Positions 50,999 to 62,512 of a stretch of DNA of 64,000 nucleotides are shown piece after piece; the first letter of the stretch is position 1; each line of letters opens with the position of its first letter. The translations under genes were made by a program, and so were the position numbers. The notes beneath the pieces are model-generated. The model had not been told where the DNA came from. It saw only the letters and a program-made list of their open reading frames with translations, and did no database searches. The stretch is from Tubiluchus corallicola (taxonomy: Eukaryota > Animalia > Priapulida): contig JAQGDQ010000295.1 in the NCBI GenBank assembly GCA_030141605.1, forward strand, positions 62,001 to 126,000, read 5' to 3'.

Positions 50999-53900
50999 TC
51001 AACGCCTGAACAAGCTATTAGCCCTCATCTTTTTAGCAGCAACAGTTTTAGCCGACCCTTTCATCCACTCTGGCAATTTCCGCTTTGCCTCGGCCGACAC
51101 TGAATGAGCAAAAGTGAATGGAGTTCGACTGTCCAGTGCCTGAGATGAACTTGGGAGTTTATAACTCTCTGGACTTGAAATGGCTGTAGAATTAACCTTG
51201 AAAGCCACATTGGAAGTAGACTGTGATTTAACAGAAGATGCTGAGAGTAGCTTTGGTTGAGGTTTAGTCAGTGGTGCACTTAAACCATGAAGTGCTTCGT
51301 GTTCGCTATTTAGAGACTGCAGACCACATATATCAGTATTATGATTTACCATTTTTGGCTCTGAGGAAGTGTTAGTGTCATTGGTTATGCTTACTGAAAT
51401 GGCCCGAGACATACCACGATCATTCGTGTCAGGGCTTATGGGATGATCTTCATTCACGACTGCAGAAGTCTCATGTTTCCTCTTCCCCATTTCCACTTCC
51501 ATCTCAATCATCGTCTGAATATCGGTGTCAGAGATGTTACCATCTTCATCACCCAAGTCAGCAAATGATAACTGAGAGGTCGTACCTTCCTTTGTCGTGG
51601 ATGTACCGACATTTTGTAACTTTTCACATCTTAAGTCTGGTGCAATTGCTTGGTCAGCATGCGGTTCACTTCGAGACTGTGCGGCGATCCTTTTCGAACT
51701 GGATAACCATTCTGATTTGCCGTCATCAGTAGTGGCTCCACCTTGCTTCACGTCGGAATGTTTACCAATGCCTTTATCCCTGCGGCAATTAGATAAGCTT
51801 TCAGAATCATCAGCTAGCAATGTGTTCTGCATTCCGAACTTTCTCTGCAAAATGGCAATAACAATTTTTATCTGGTCAAATTCAATGTAGTCAGGAAGAA
51901 CCTCTTTTATAGGTGTCAGACGCGTGATGTCGGAATTTATCGGTGGCGCTCTAATTGCTTTTTCTATCAAATCCTGCACTTCCTTCGTCACACCTAATCT
52001 GTCTACATCAACAGGCAAACCAATTCTAACTGCTTCAGCCAGATGACGGCATATAGTGGAAGTTGCGACCTGTCGCTGACTTGCGACCTGTTCAAGTGTC
52101 TTTTTCTCTCTTTCAAATAGAATATAGGAAAGTTGTTCTGTCTCTGTTAACCGAGTAATCTTTTTGTCACTTATTGTTGCCACACTGGGCATTTCTTCAG
52201 GATAGTTATTGAAGCTTAAATTGTGCTCCGCTGCAAAAGCACCAATAGTATTGATGAACCTTTTACCGAATTTTCGAATTCTAGCTTCTGACAGCCCTTC
52301 AATGTTGTGCAGATGCTCCACGCTGTCAGGGCGGCTGGTCGACAAATCTAGCAAGCTCTTATTACTTGCAATCATGTACGGAGCAACACCGAGTTCATCT
52401 GCCATTCCATTCCTCAATATCAACAGCTCTTTGTAAAGGGTTCCCCTGAGTTCCTGTTCTTTTGGATCTACTGGCTTCGGCTTTGCTTGCTCAGCAGTGA
52501 TGGCATCTTGAGAAGAAAGCCACTGAGAGGTTGGCACAGATGGCAAAATTTTCAAAGTTGATGCATACGTCAACACTGGTGCCTCTTTTTCTTTTTCAGC
52601 TTGAAGCATCTCTTCACTTGGTCTCAACTTAAGAGTTTGTAAAGTATTTCCACTAAAAAGTAGCCACTTTTTTCCTTTCCCTGACAGATCAATAGTGGAA
52701 CCGAATCCACGACTAACAGGGCGGTCAACAAGGTAATTCTCTGCTAACAGTTGCCTCGCAAATGTCTTCCACCACTTTTCAGAATGATATCGACCACATC
52801 CAAAATCCTTGTGTTTGGTAAATCTTGAAGGCAATCTCTGACTAGAAGAACCACGCAGAAAATATACATTCACTTGGATACCAAAAGAACCGTTAAGTAG
52901 TTTGACTGTACTCATAAAATGTTTTGCTTCATTAGTAAAATCTTGTTCGATGTCGAACTTACTATTTAAGTCTGTTTCTTTGTAACAAATATTTCTTTTT
53001 CGTTTTATATCAGCTGCACAATTATCACAGCATTCCTCCCTACCACTCAATTCAGCTAATTCCTTCCCCTCGAGATATTCTAAGATCATGCGTCGTCTGC
53101 ACCGTCTTGTAGACAAATACTGCTCCATTTTATTTAACATTGCTATCTTATGCTGCCGAAAATGGTCATTGGTGATATCCTTCAAGAAATAACGATTCAC
53201 AACAAAATCTTTACTTGCATAGAAAGTATGGCAAATGCTAGGAAGGCCATCTCTGCCGGCTCTTCCCATTTCCTGATAGTATGACTCAATGTCACGTGGA
53301 GCTCCATAATGGATGATGCGGCGAACATCAGGCTTGTCAATACCCATACCAAAGGCAACAGTAGCGACAATAATTTGAATATCATCCTTAACAAACTGCT
53401 GATGGGCCTTCTTGCGCATACTTATGGACAACTTTGCATGATACACAGCGCAACTGGCACCCATTTCCTGCAACACTCGTCCCACTTCTTCTGTTGCCTT
53501 TATTGTTGGACAGTAGATAATGGTTGGACCATCAAACTGGTTTCTTCCGGTTAACATCTGGCTATTCATATCTGCAATTATGTTTGTCTTAAGACACACC
53601 GACAAAAACAAATTTGGTCTATCAAAGCCAGAGCAGCAAAGGAATGGATTCTGCAGCTTTAGAGACTTACAAATGTCTTCCCTGACCACAGGAGTTGCTG
53701 TAGCAGTCACTGCAAGAAATGGAACGTTTGGCAAAATACTTTTTATATTTCCAAGTTTTCTGTATGAAGAACGGAAGTCGTGACCCCACTGAGACACACA
53801 GTGGGCCTCATCGATAGCTATAAGAGCTATGCCAACTCTACGCTCCAACTGCAAGAGCAAGTCTGTTCCAGAAGAAATAAATTCTGGGGTTAGATACACA

Positions 53901-54481
53901 ATGCTGTACTCACCAGCAAGCAAGCCTGCGCGAACCACTGCACCGCGTGTTTGACCACTCCCCAAAAAACAAGCATTAATATTCATCACACCCAATGCCA
54001 GAACTTGATCTTCCATCAAGGATATCAGTGGCGATATGATAACTGCCAGTTTACCGGAAAACACGGCCGGAAACTGGTAGCACAAGCTCTTGCCGTAACC
54101 GGTCGCCATCACACAACACTGGTCTCGTTTCTTGTTCATCACATTGTCAATGATTTTCCACTGCAACGGTCGAAACTGATTATGTCCAAAGTACTGTCGC
54201 AATGCTCTTAGGCATTCAGATGATGGAGGTTCATCACCAAAATCAGTTACTTTTAAAGAATCAGGCAGGGTAGGCCTAGCATCTGAAGAGCTCTCCTCAA
54301 CAGACTGGTTTTCTAATTCTTGCGCAAAGCTGGCTTCAGCCATGTCGCACAGCTTTGTGGCTTGTTCATTATCAAGATCATTGTCAACGCTCTCGTCATT
54401 CCTCCCGGCCTCAGCAATCTCACACATTCTGACGGCAAAGTCTTCATCGAAGTCATCATTATTGTCGATCCAGTCATCCAT
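50999..54481 (-). CDS. WRN: Werner syndrome-type RecQ ATP-dependent DNA helicase (helicase-RQC-HRDC-HTH, no exonuclease domain), single-exon CDS
   Basis: Uninterrupted 1160-aa ORF. Motif 0 LRQYFGHNQFRPLQ, motif I MATGYGKS (WRN-type), DEAH plus aromatic loop CVSQWGHDFR, motif VI YYQEMGRAGRDG, RQC zinc ligands CRRR..CCDNC, winged helix, HRDC (LRNGMADELGVAPYMIASNKSL), HTH-like region, and a WRN-like C-terminus KRKLPEWM...SLFRR. Confidence 0.93.
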   Translation of the reverse strand: MDDWIDNNDDFDEDFAVRMCEIAEAGRNDESVDNDLDNEQATKLCDMAEASFAQELENQSVEESSSDARPTLPDSLKVTDFGDEPPSSECLRALRQYFGHNQFRPLQWKIIDNVMNKKRDQCCVMATGYGKSLCYQFPAVFSGKLAVIISPLISLMEDQVLALGVMNINACFLGSGQTRGAVVRAGLLAGEYSIVYLTPEFISSGTDLLLQLERRVGIALIAIDEAHCVSQWGHDFRSSYRKLGNIKSILPNVPFLAVTATATPVVREDICKSLKLQNPFLCCSGFDRPNLFLSVCLKTNIIADMNSQMLTGRNQFDGPTIIYCPTIKATEEVGRVLQEMGASCAVYHAKLSISMRKKAHQQFVKDDIQIIVATVAFGMGIDKPDVRRIIHYGAPRDIESYYQEMGRAGRDGLPSICHTFYASKDFVVNRYFLKDITNDHFRQHKIAMLNKMEQYLSTRRCRRRMILEYLEGKELAELSGREECCDNCAADIKRKRNICYKETDLNSKFDIEQDFTNEAKHFMSTVKLLNGSFGIQVNVYFLRGSSSQRLPSRFTKHKDFGCGRYHSEKWWKTFARQLLAENYLVDRPVSRGFGSTIDLSGKGKKWLLFSGNTLQTLKLRPSEEMLQAEKEKEAPVLTYASTLKILPSVPTSQWLSSQDAITAEQAKPKPVDPKEQELRGTLYKELLILRNGMADELGVAPYMIASNKSLLDLSTSRPDSVEHLHNIEGLSEARIRKFGKRFINTIGAFAAEHNLSFNNYPEEMPSVATISDKKITRLTETEQLSYILFEREKKTLEQVASQRQVATSTICRHLAEAVRIGLPVDVDRLGVTKEVQDLIEKAIRAPPINSDITRLTPIKEVLPDYIEFDQIKIVIAILQRKFGMQNTLLADDSESLSNCRRDKGIGKHSDVKQGGATTDDGKSEWLSSSKRIAAQSRSEPHADQAIAPDLRCEKLQNVGTSTTKEGTTSQLSFADLGDEDGNISDTDIQTMIEMEVEMGKRKHETSAVVNEDHPISPDTNDRGMSRAISVSITNDTNTSSEPKMVNHNTDICGLQSLNSEHEALHGLSAPLTKPQPKLLSASSVKSQSTSNVAFKVNSTAISSPESYKLPSSSQALDSRTPFTFAHSVSAEAKRKLPEWMKGSAKTVAAKKMRANSLFRR

Positions 54482-54586
54482 GTTAACAAGACTATCAATG
54501 TAGCTTCAACAGGTTTTCACTCTTCACAAAATCATTAGATGATTTACAATAATTTGTGGAGCTGCTTATGTCTCTACTTCCATAAC
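54482..54586 (-). other. 5' UTR part of the WRN coding exon; acceptor at 54587
   Basis: Minus-strand acceptor ctcctattatttacag|gtt lies 105 nt before the ATG. This stretch has three in-frame stops and two short uORFs (MEVET*, MIL*). Confidence 0.65.
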
Positions 54587-56132
54587 CTGTAAATAATAGG
54601 AGCAACAATTAAAATTACATGTCCGTGTCTTAAATTTCTTTCTGCACACACATTTATTCTTTAAAATTATTTCAATAACCCTATATTATTTAGGTAAATG
54701 CAGAAAAACAAGCCCAAGTTTCTTCTAAGATTTTTTGTTTCCTTAACTTACGTTACAAGTTACTGAAATTTAGACATGTAATTTTCCATGTTGCTCCTAT
54801 TACAGCAATCTTGTAAAATCCGATTTTTTAGACTATAAGTCTATAACAAAAGTTCACTATAATAGAAAAATCATGCAATTGAATACTTACACAACGTTTT
54901 ACAAATGGCATTAAATGATGCTAACTTTTTGATTTAATTATTAATTAACCATCTTAATGTTGCCGTATTACCCCACGAGCCTATAAGTTTGTAACTGATT
55001 GAAATATGAATGACCATCTAAGCTATTTCTATAGTTTTATGCATGCCCAACATTTGCCATTAAAAACGGTTATCAAACGCTAACTCACTACTGTTCTAGC
55101 CACACCCAATCCTGTCCAATGTCCCGATCATTACATTAGTGAGAAGCGAATGTGACTAACAAGGTGGGGTGTAATATTAGCAAAAAATCAGCAATTCATT
55201 ACAGGCATAAAATATATTGGAATATTCCAAGTAGCCTATTACCACCACTGACACCACATACTACGAAGAGACCTTGGATCTAATAAAAACCTAATGAATA
55301 AGCCATAGTACTGGAGAAGTTAAACAATATAGCTGAACTCATTAGCAGCATAATCTGCTTTTGAATATCATATCAGTTGACAAATTTTTTCGCAATTTCT
55401 TAATAACATATGCAAACCCTACTCTAGTTGCCCTTGAAAATCATAAATAACTTTTCATGGTCTTACGGTTTAAAAGTAACTGCCAGCATCTACTTAAGCA
55501 AAGACATGGCCATTTCTTCCAAGCTGGTCACAAAAAATGTGTTTCTGTCTTACCTCAATGAGCTCAACAGCTGTCAGTGGAGGGGGGGGGTATGAGGAAA
55601 AATGTTTTTTAAAGCTTTCTGAACATCTAAAGCTGAATTGTGGAATATTTAAAATCAGTAGAAATCAAAGTTTGTTCATTTCCCACAGGTATAAATTTTT
55701 TCAATGCACATTTTTTCACTTTTTATTTTTAGTTTTTTGTTTCACATTACTAAATTATTGATTATTGTGTAGTCTCTTTTTTGTATGTTGTGAACGTATA
55801 TTCTGATGATTATGGTTAAGCGTCAACACTACTCGGGCATTAATACGCTGATTTAGTGGAAATATGACACTTTTTAGCCTCCAATACGATAATCAGCATC
55901 ATACAAAACAGCAGCCTGGCTGAGCAAAACATAGCTGTATCCTCCCACACGCTAAGTTTGAATTCAAAGCAATTATAACGAATAACAATGGCCACACCCT
56001 GTGCAAGCAACCAGCCCACAAGGATGGAAGCATGCTCACATGTATGCGCACACACACACGAATCATCACCTCACACAATATGTGTGTACATTGCACACTA
56101 TACTTTACAACAATTAGCCAGCCCAACAACTA

Positions 56133-56320
56133 CTGGTAATTAATTGAAGAAAGAGGTACTGAAAATTGTAGCTCTCAGCCAGGACTTGAACCCAGAACCT
56201 TGTACACCACTCTGTCAGTTGAACTACTGGTAGGAATAATAAGTATCTGTGCCAGCAATGTAATTTGGAGCTAAATTAGCATTACAGGAGCAGTCAGCTT
56301 TACAGCCAATTAATACCATC
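56133..56320 (-). pseudogene. Degenerate tRNA-like sequence between short inverted repeats
   Basis: Minus strand gtagttcaactgacagag (A-box-like) ... ctgggttcaagtcctgg (B box). Anticodon arm shortened. Flanked by ggttattaattg / caattaattacc. Confidence 0.5.
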
Positions 56321-56383
56321 ACAGTGATGCTCACTGAACAAGTACTATACTAAAGAAAAAACTGAGTGAACTTAGTAACTTAC

Positions 56384-56501
56384 CATTTCTGCAAAAGTGG
56401 CGACAGGTCAAACTACCAAAAACTACTACATCATTGAATCGCTAGGTGAATAAACACAGATAATTCTGAAGTCCACTATTTCAACATATGCCATCCTAAT
56501 C
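56384..56501 (-). other. Candidate non-coding 5' UTR exon of WRN
   Basis: Bounded by acceptor ttttgtgtcttatttacag| and donor aatg|gtaagt on the minus strand, ~1.8 kb upstream of the coding exon. Confidence 0.55.
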
Positions 56502-56999
56502 CTGTAAATAAGACACAAAAAATAGATTGTGCTTATAGCTGACAAAGTAGCAGATCTGTGTATCTCTTGGTAATGTTTTGACAACACTAAGACAATATAG
56601 CATAGCATTTAATGAGTGTAATTCACTCAAAGAATAGTGTTAAATAGTTTCAAAATTAATTCTGCTTACTAGTGACTGGGGTTCTAAAGTCGAAATGCCA
56701 TTTTAGCACTCTAACAGCTGTGTTCCTAACAACGGTAGAACGCTACGTCACGCACGACAATACTGGCTATTAGTATTACTGCTGTACTTTGTGGTTTAAT
56801 TTCTTGATTTTTGTTAGTCAAAAAGACCTCATAAGACGTCTAAAATAGGGGGAAAAGCGTCGATTTCCGGGACTCGGCCTGCACCGGACGCCCTAGCTAG
56901 TTCTAGACTCCTGATTTCGGTGCGAGACGAGGTGGCAACCCTAACCACACTGGTCATTACTGATTTGCAATTTTTAACAAACAGCAATACAATAAATTA

Positions 57000-57160
57000 C
57001 ATTACCGTAATATCGTATGTATACAGATGCACTAATTACTTGCAAACATATTGAAATCAACATCCTAACACAGAAAAAACCAAATTTAACCCATCATAAA
57101 AACGCAAAATTCCGCGAACTGGCGCTAGTGAAGTCGTTAAAGCAGAGGCGCAAAATAAGT
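57000..57160 (-). promoter_or_regulatory. Candidate WRN first exon/promoter with E2F-like sites
   Basis: Weak donor g|gtaatg near 57006. E2F-like motifs aattccgcgaa (~57108) and ttttgcgcc (minus strand, ~57146-57154) in a locally CpG-richer patch. Confidence 0.3.
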
Positions 57161-57409
57161 CTACGTAAGAGAACGGATTTGTTTCAGTTTAAGACTGTGA
57201 CAATTAGACCACAGTAATGATACAGTACTAAAATTAATTTTATTGGTAATGGGAATGATTCTTGTAAGTTATGTTGTTAATAATAGTGTGTTTTTCTGTG
57301 CTAGGCTTCTCAATTCTATTTCTCACAATACCAATTAGAAACTCCATTTCCTAAAATAAATTTATTGATAGATTTTTTTATTTCTTAACTTGAAGTTATT
57401 ATTAGTACT

Positions 57410-57714
<305 letters not shown>

Positions 57715-59519
57715 TTTCACACATTTAACAAACTTGTAACTGTTCATTTATTCATATTGTTCTGCCGTCTTGTTCTCGCCACCAGGACAGTTGTAATAAC
57801 CCTGGACGGTTTGAACCAGAGCTTTCAGTCAGCGAGAGGCCTCTGTTCGAATACCACATCCTTAAATCAGATTAGTATACCAAATGACTGGGAGACATTC
57901 ACCAGCTTTGAAAGAGTGGCATAAGGCTTCACTGACTATTGTTGATGAATAAATGAGAAAAACTTGAAATTAGCAAACTATTATTTTTCATAGTGAATGA
58001 AACATTATGATGAATCTTGAGTAGCTGACTAAATACAACAAAAAACACGTTGAGTAAACTACCCTTGAGGGGTTAGCAAACCCTCACATTTGCACTGAAA
58101 TGGTTGGGTGACAAGTCCGGGGAGAACGGAAGCAGGCTTATCCTGTTCGGTGCTCAAACTAATACCAGCAAATACTGAACTCAATGCAGCACTTATAAAT
58201 ATAGACTTTGCACAGGTGAAATAGATAAGTTAATTAGTATTTAAATTTGAGTATTTAAATCCAATCAGATTATAGTATTTGTGAATTTTATGCTGGTAAG
58301 ATTGTTACATTTTGATTTGCAGTGGTGTTTTACTTTAAAGCAACTTTGAAATAACATGCAGGCTGCGCATCTGTGTCCTCGAGTGAGTGAAAGTTTGAAC
58401 ATAATACAAAGCGAAGCTTAAACCCACAACAATTATTATTTATTTAAAATTTTAATAACAAGTATATGCTGCTCTAAAAAATGGCATATCTGCTAAAATC
58501 GTACAAAGTTGATGGAAGGTTGCATAAAAGGTATAATAAAACATAAAAAAGAAGCAACTTAAGGAAACAGAATAAAAAATAGTGATGTGTGAGCATCAAT
58601 ATTATAACCAATTAATAGAGCAATCTTCATAATAATGTAAGAAAGATATAGAATAAAATGAACCAAAATGTTGTATAACTAAAGCATTGATAAAAAACAT
58701 CAAAAAACGAATAGGTTGCTTAAATTCCATCACCTGTTGTTGTTCCAAGTTTTCGGTTTTGAATAAAACATTGCTAATGAGGCAACAGTCAGGTTGTAGA
58801 GATTTTTACCTAAAGATTCAACCAAAAAATTTAGTTCAATTGTCTTTTGGGAAATGAAATTTAATCTTTATTAATAATTATTATAATAAACCATGATATA
58901 TTCAATGGATACGGGTTTCATTACAAACAATAGAAATATTTCATCACAACATGCAAAATATAATGCAAAAGAATTAAAATGTAGTAAAGTTTCATTGTCA
59001 TTAAAAACAATAACGTATGATAAAAATGACAAAAGCAGTAAACAGGAAGTAATTGACAACTGCATCATAAAGCATATATCCAGAACTTTCTTTGATGTTG
59101 TCACTTGTATTGTTCTTGCATTGCTCAAATAAGTTAATCTACTTTTTGGGAAGTTTGAAGACGTACCACACTAGATATTTCCAATACGACAAACACTGTA
59201 ATTAGTTAATTAACAAACAATCAGTGATTTGTAAACATATGCTAATCGATTTTACTTTGAATCCGTTACCTATTGGTCTCACTGCAATTACTCCCAAGAA
59301 CGTGTAGAAGCTACATGTTTAATCGCTTGAACAGCAGTTTCCATTTGAAGCTGTTTCTTGCACAGAACATTTAACAGACTATCAAAGCACCTAATCCGAA
59401 ATTAGGCCTATTAGGCTGCGTCTACTGTATATTACAAGTTGCATCATAATTATTTTAATTGTTTTCTTATTATTGAAATTATCTGTATCAAAGCAGTGTA
59501 TGTGCTATATTCATCTACT

Positions 59520-59621
59520 TTTCCATTTGTGCCATTTTTCCTGTGCCACTTTTACCTGTGTTATTTATCCTGTGCCATTTTTCCTGTGCTATTTTTACCT
59601 GTGGTATTTCTACCACGTACC
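59520..59621 (+). repeat. ~15-bp degenerate tandem repeats (subterminal repeats of a fold-back element)
   Basis: cctgtgccatttt-like units x~6 ending in ccacgtacc. A similar array occurs at 9540-9600. Confidence 0.7.
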
Positions 59622-60124
59622 AACAATAACAACAGTAATGGAAGGAAATTATGTTGTAAAACTCTCTGAAATACTCATAGTGTAGTCAATCATTTTTGCT
59701 GACTGCGCAATCAACTTGCAAGATTTTTCACACCCTTGCAGAGCTTACTTAACGCCGGTGCTTTCGGGACATTTAGTTGCAGCTACGTATTACCGAGCAT
59801 CTAATACTGTTATGAATAATGCTCAACTTTTCATTGGTTTACGGGAGAAATATTGGCCTGGTTCTAAATTTTACTATTGCTAATTGGAATTGCAAGTGAA
59901 TTAACGGAAATGTATAGTCTAGTTTCGTTTATTATAGGAAGAAATACTTTCATCTATGAGTTGCTGATTAAACTGTTTTGTTGTCAATAAGAGCAGTTAG
60001 TTTAGTTTTATGACTTTATAAGTTACATAAAAACAACTATATTGATTAACTTTAAGAGAAGGATCAAATAACTTAACAATCGAGGTTAGGCCGGTCATAT
60101 GACGCTGCTTTAAGATAAGACAGA

Positions 60125-60640
60125 ATGGTTTTCATATACTATCCCCTTTTCAAGTATGGTAAAAAGCATACATTTTGACACCAGTAATGCTCGAAAAGCA
60201 TTTCTGATAGTTATATAATAGATTAAGATCTTAATTAACGGCTGGCAAGCCCAATTATTGATGACATCGCTAATGAACATAATTTTCAGCAGTAAAAATA
60301 TTCCACGAGTGTGTTGCACATGTTTGTGAAAGAGAAATTTTGAAATGCAGTGCTACTGTAGGAGATTCAGCGTGTTGTAATAAAACTCGGCAAGTTTTAA
60401 GATAAAAATTCAAATTGCAAATTTATTGCTGTGCTCATGCATGAGCTGCTGAAGGTGTGCAGTATGTCAGAAACAAACACATCTGAACTGAGAGGTGCAG
60501 CAACTGTTTTTTGTGTAACGCATTTTCGAAATGCAGGCGCTAGTATGGCTGTCTAACTAGAGAATGGTGGAATGCAAGTAACAACGAAGAGCTAGTGGTG
60601 AGAATGCGAAATTGTGTATGTGTAGTAATAATTCTTTTAC
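60125..60640 (+). mobile_element. Interspersed repeat family A, long copy
   Basis: Colinear with 16255-16735. Confidence 0.85.
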
Positions 60641-61646
60641 CTTCGTAAGGCATTCTTGAAAAAATAGCATGTCTCTTTTCAAAATTTTGAAGAATAAATT
60701 ATTTTGACTTACAGTTTAAGATTGGGTCCGGTTCTGCTTTAACGTTTGCAAATGTGAAATAGCCTACCCGAGCAGAGTTGAGAAGAAATTTATAAATTCA
60801 GATAATTGAAGCCCGAGTTAGCAGGTATAAATGATTCAAGGTTAACCTGAACGTAAAAATTACAGCCTTCCCATCTCTAAGTGGGTTTACGCAGGTTGTA
60901 GAGAATAATTACACTAGTCAGCCTTGGTCAACAATAGCTGAAGCTTAGCCACAATTGGAATCTATGGAAATCCGTGACAACTGTCATGATTATGAGTAAG
61001 CGAGCACACTCGTAGAAACCCCATATTTAGGCAAAATGTTTCCAGAAGTCATTTAGGCCAGTTTTTTATAAACCTCAGTGAGATCTTTGCTATCCAAATT
61101 AATTCAAATTTGGTCAAAATTTATGGTATATGTCATCGTAATATTATTTAATTTTATGTTATTTTTCTGGTTATAATCATGGTTGAAAGATACCGTAGGG
61201 ACTTAGGTAACTCGGGCAGTCGACATAAGGGTCATCTATGGAATGTAATAATCAAATTTAATTCCATTTCTGCAACCTAACAATGGAGAAATACAAGAAA
61301 TGGATAAATGGATAAATCTTGCAGACGAGCACATGGTCAATTAAATATAGAAAAATACATCACAGGCATGATGAGCTCGTATGTTCAAAGGCAAGGGAGA
61401 CAATATTTTTGTCACTCATTTATCTTAAAGCAAGGCTAGGCGGCTTAGTTTCTTTATAATAATACTTTTGCCTCTGCATTTTATAGTGCTTTAAAACTTT
61501 GTCTTTACATTCTGTTCAAATTGAAAAGTCATTTTTTGGCTACTCGAAGTGCTAAGTTTCGTAAAAATGACTGCTGCTCTGCAAATTTGTGTGTATGAAA
61601 AATGTGTCAGGTTATTTACTGATTAGATTATCCAGTGTGATTATCC

Positions 61647-61700
61647 AGTACGAGCAGCTGCTATCCCGAATGCTGCTGCTCGTACTTACACGTGACGTCA
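61647..61700. promoter_or_regulatory. 12-bp perfect hairpin followed by overlapping E-box/CRE
   Basis: agtacgagcagc...gctgctcgtact, then CACGTG overlapping TGACGTCA (61693-61700). Confidence 0.5.
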
Positions 61701-62485
61701 ATGGGTTTCTGCTTCTTTAGCAAAATTGATTATAATTGTATAAATTTTTGTTGTTAATAGTTTTATGAATTTGTTTTAGAAAGAATTCATAATTTTAAGC
61801 ACAAACATGTTCTTATTTATATGTAAGATAGCGACAGAGAGTCGCATAGAGTCGATGGCTTGTAGTCGGGATTTCATCGATAATTCTAATGGCACACACA
61901 CAACAACTTCTGTTTCTCAGTGTTGTGGGAGTCGTGCAGAATAGCGACGATTTCCGCTATACGTTTTTACCTTTATTTTTATTTTGCGCTGACGTCATAT
62001 CCGTTACAAGTAAAGTTGATACTAAAACTAATTTACCTTGTAGAGGTTGTTTTGCTCACATATTTCCATGTCTAGTTTGTTAATCTTATGATTAATAAGA
62101 GCTTCGTTACGTCTGTGGCATTTAGAGATGATATCCATCAGGAAGTGGCTTTATAAGCCAAAGGTACGACACTTAGAGTGAATATAAAATTATTATTTTA
62201 GTAGGCTTTGAAATTACTTCCAAGCTCCAATCCTAATAGCTGATTATTGTTCCAATCCTAACAGCTTGTCATAATTATGGTTATCGTCGTCGTTCGTAAT
62301 TTGCTTCTAAACGTTGTATTTGTGATTAAAGTGTTTTTTTTGCTATTTGAAAGACTAAAGAGTTGTGGATCACTTCCGTTTACAAACATTATGAAGCTGA
62401 AAATCAAATCAGAAACAATCTTTAGTAACACTTACTAAATGTTTACCTTTAGGCTTAACTCTATTAGCAAAGAAATGCTTTCGTA

Positions 62486-62512
62486 TGTTTGTCCCGACAG
62501 ATGGGACAAACA
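62486..62512. repeat. Short perfect hairpin (10-bp stem, 7-nt loop)
   Basis: tgtttgtccc-gacagat-gggacaaaca. Confidence 0.8.

Noticed and set aside
51597-54538. Short ORFs overlapping WRN on either strand
   Set aside because: Shadow frames of a long coding sequence with no recognisable motifs.
56165-56232. Functional tRNA gene (also 27220 and 30570)
   Set aside because: Cloverleaf incomplete with missing or shortened arms. Treated as repeat-borne tRNA-like remnants.
58560-59150. Possible minus-strand LINE remnants (also 33800-34330)
   Set aside because: Composition is suggestive but no convincing protein motif could be read.
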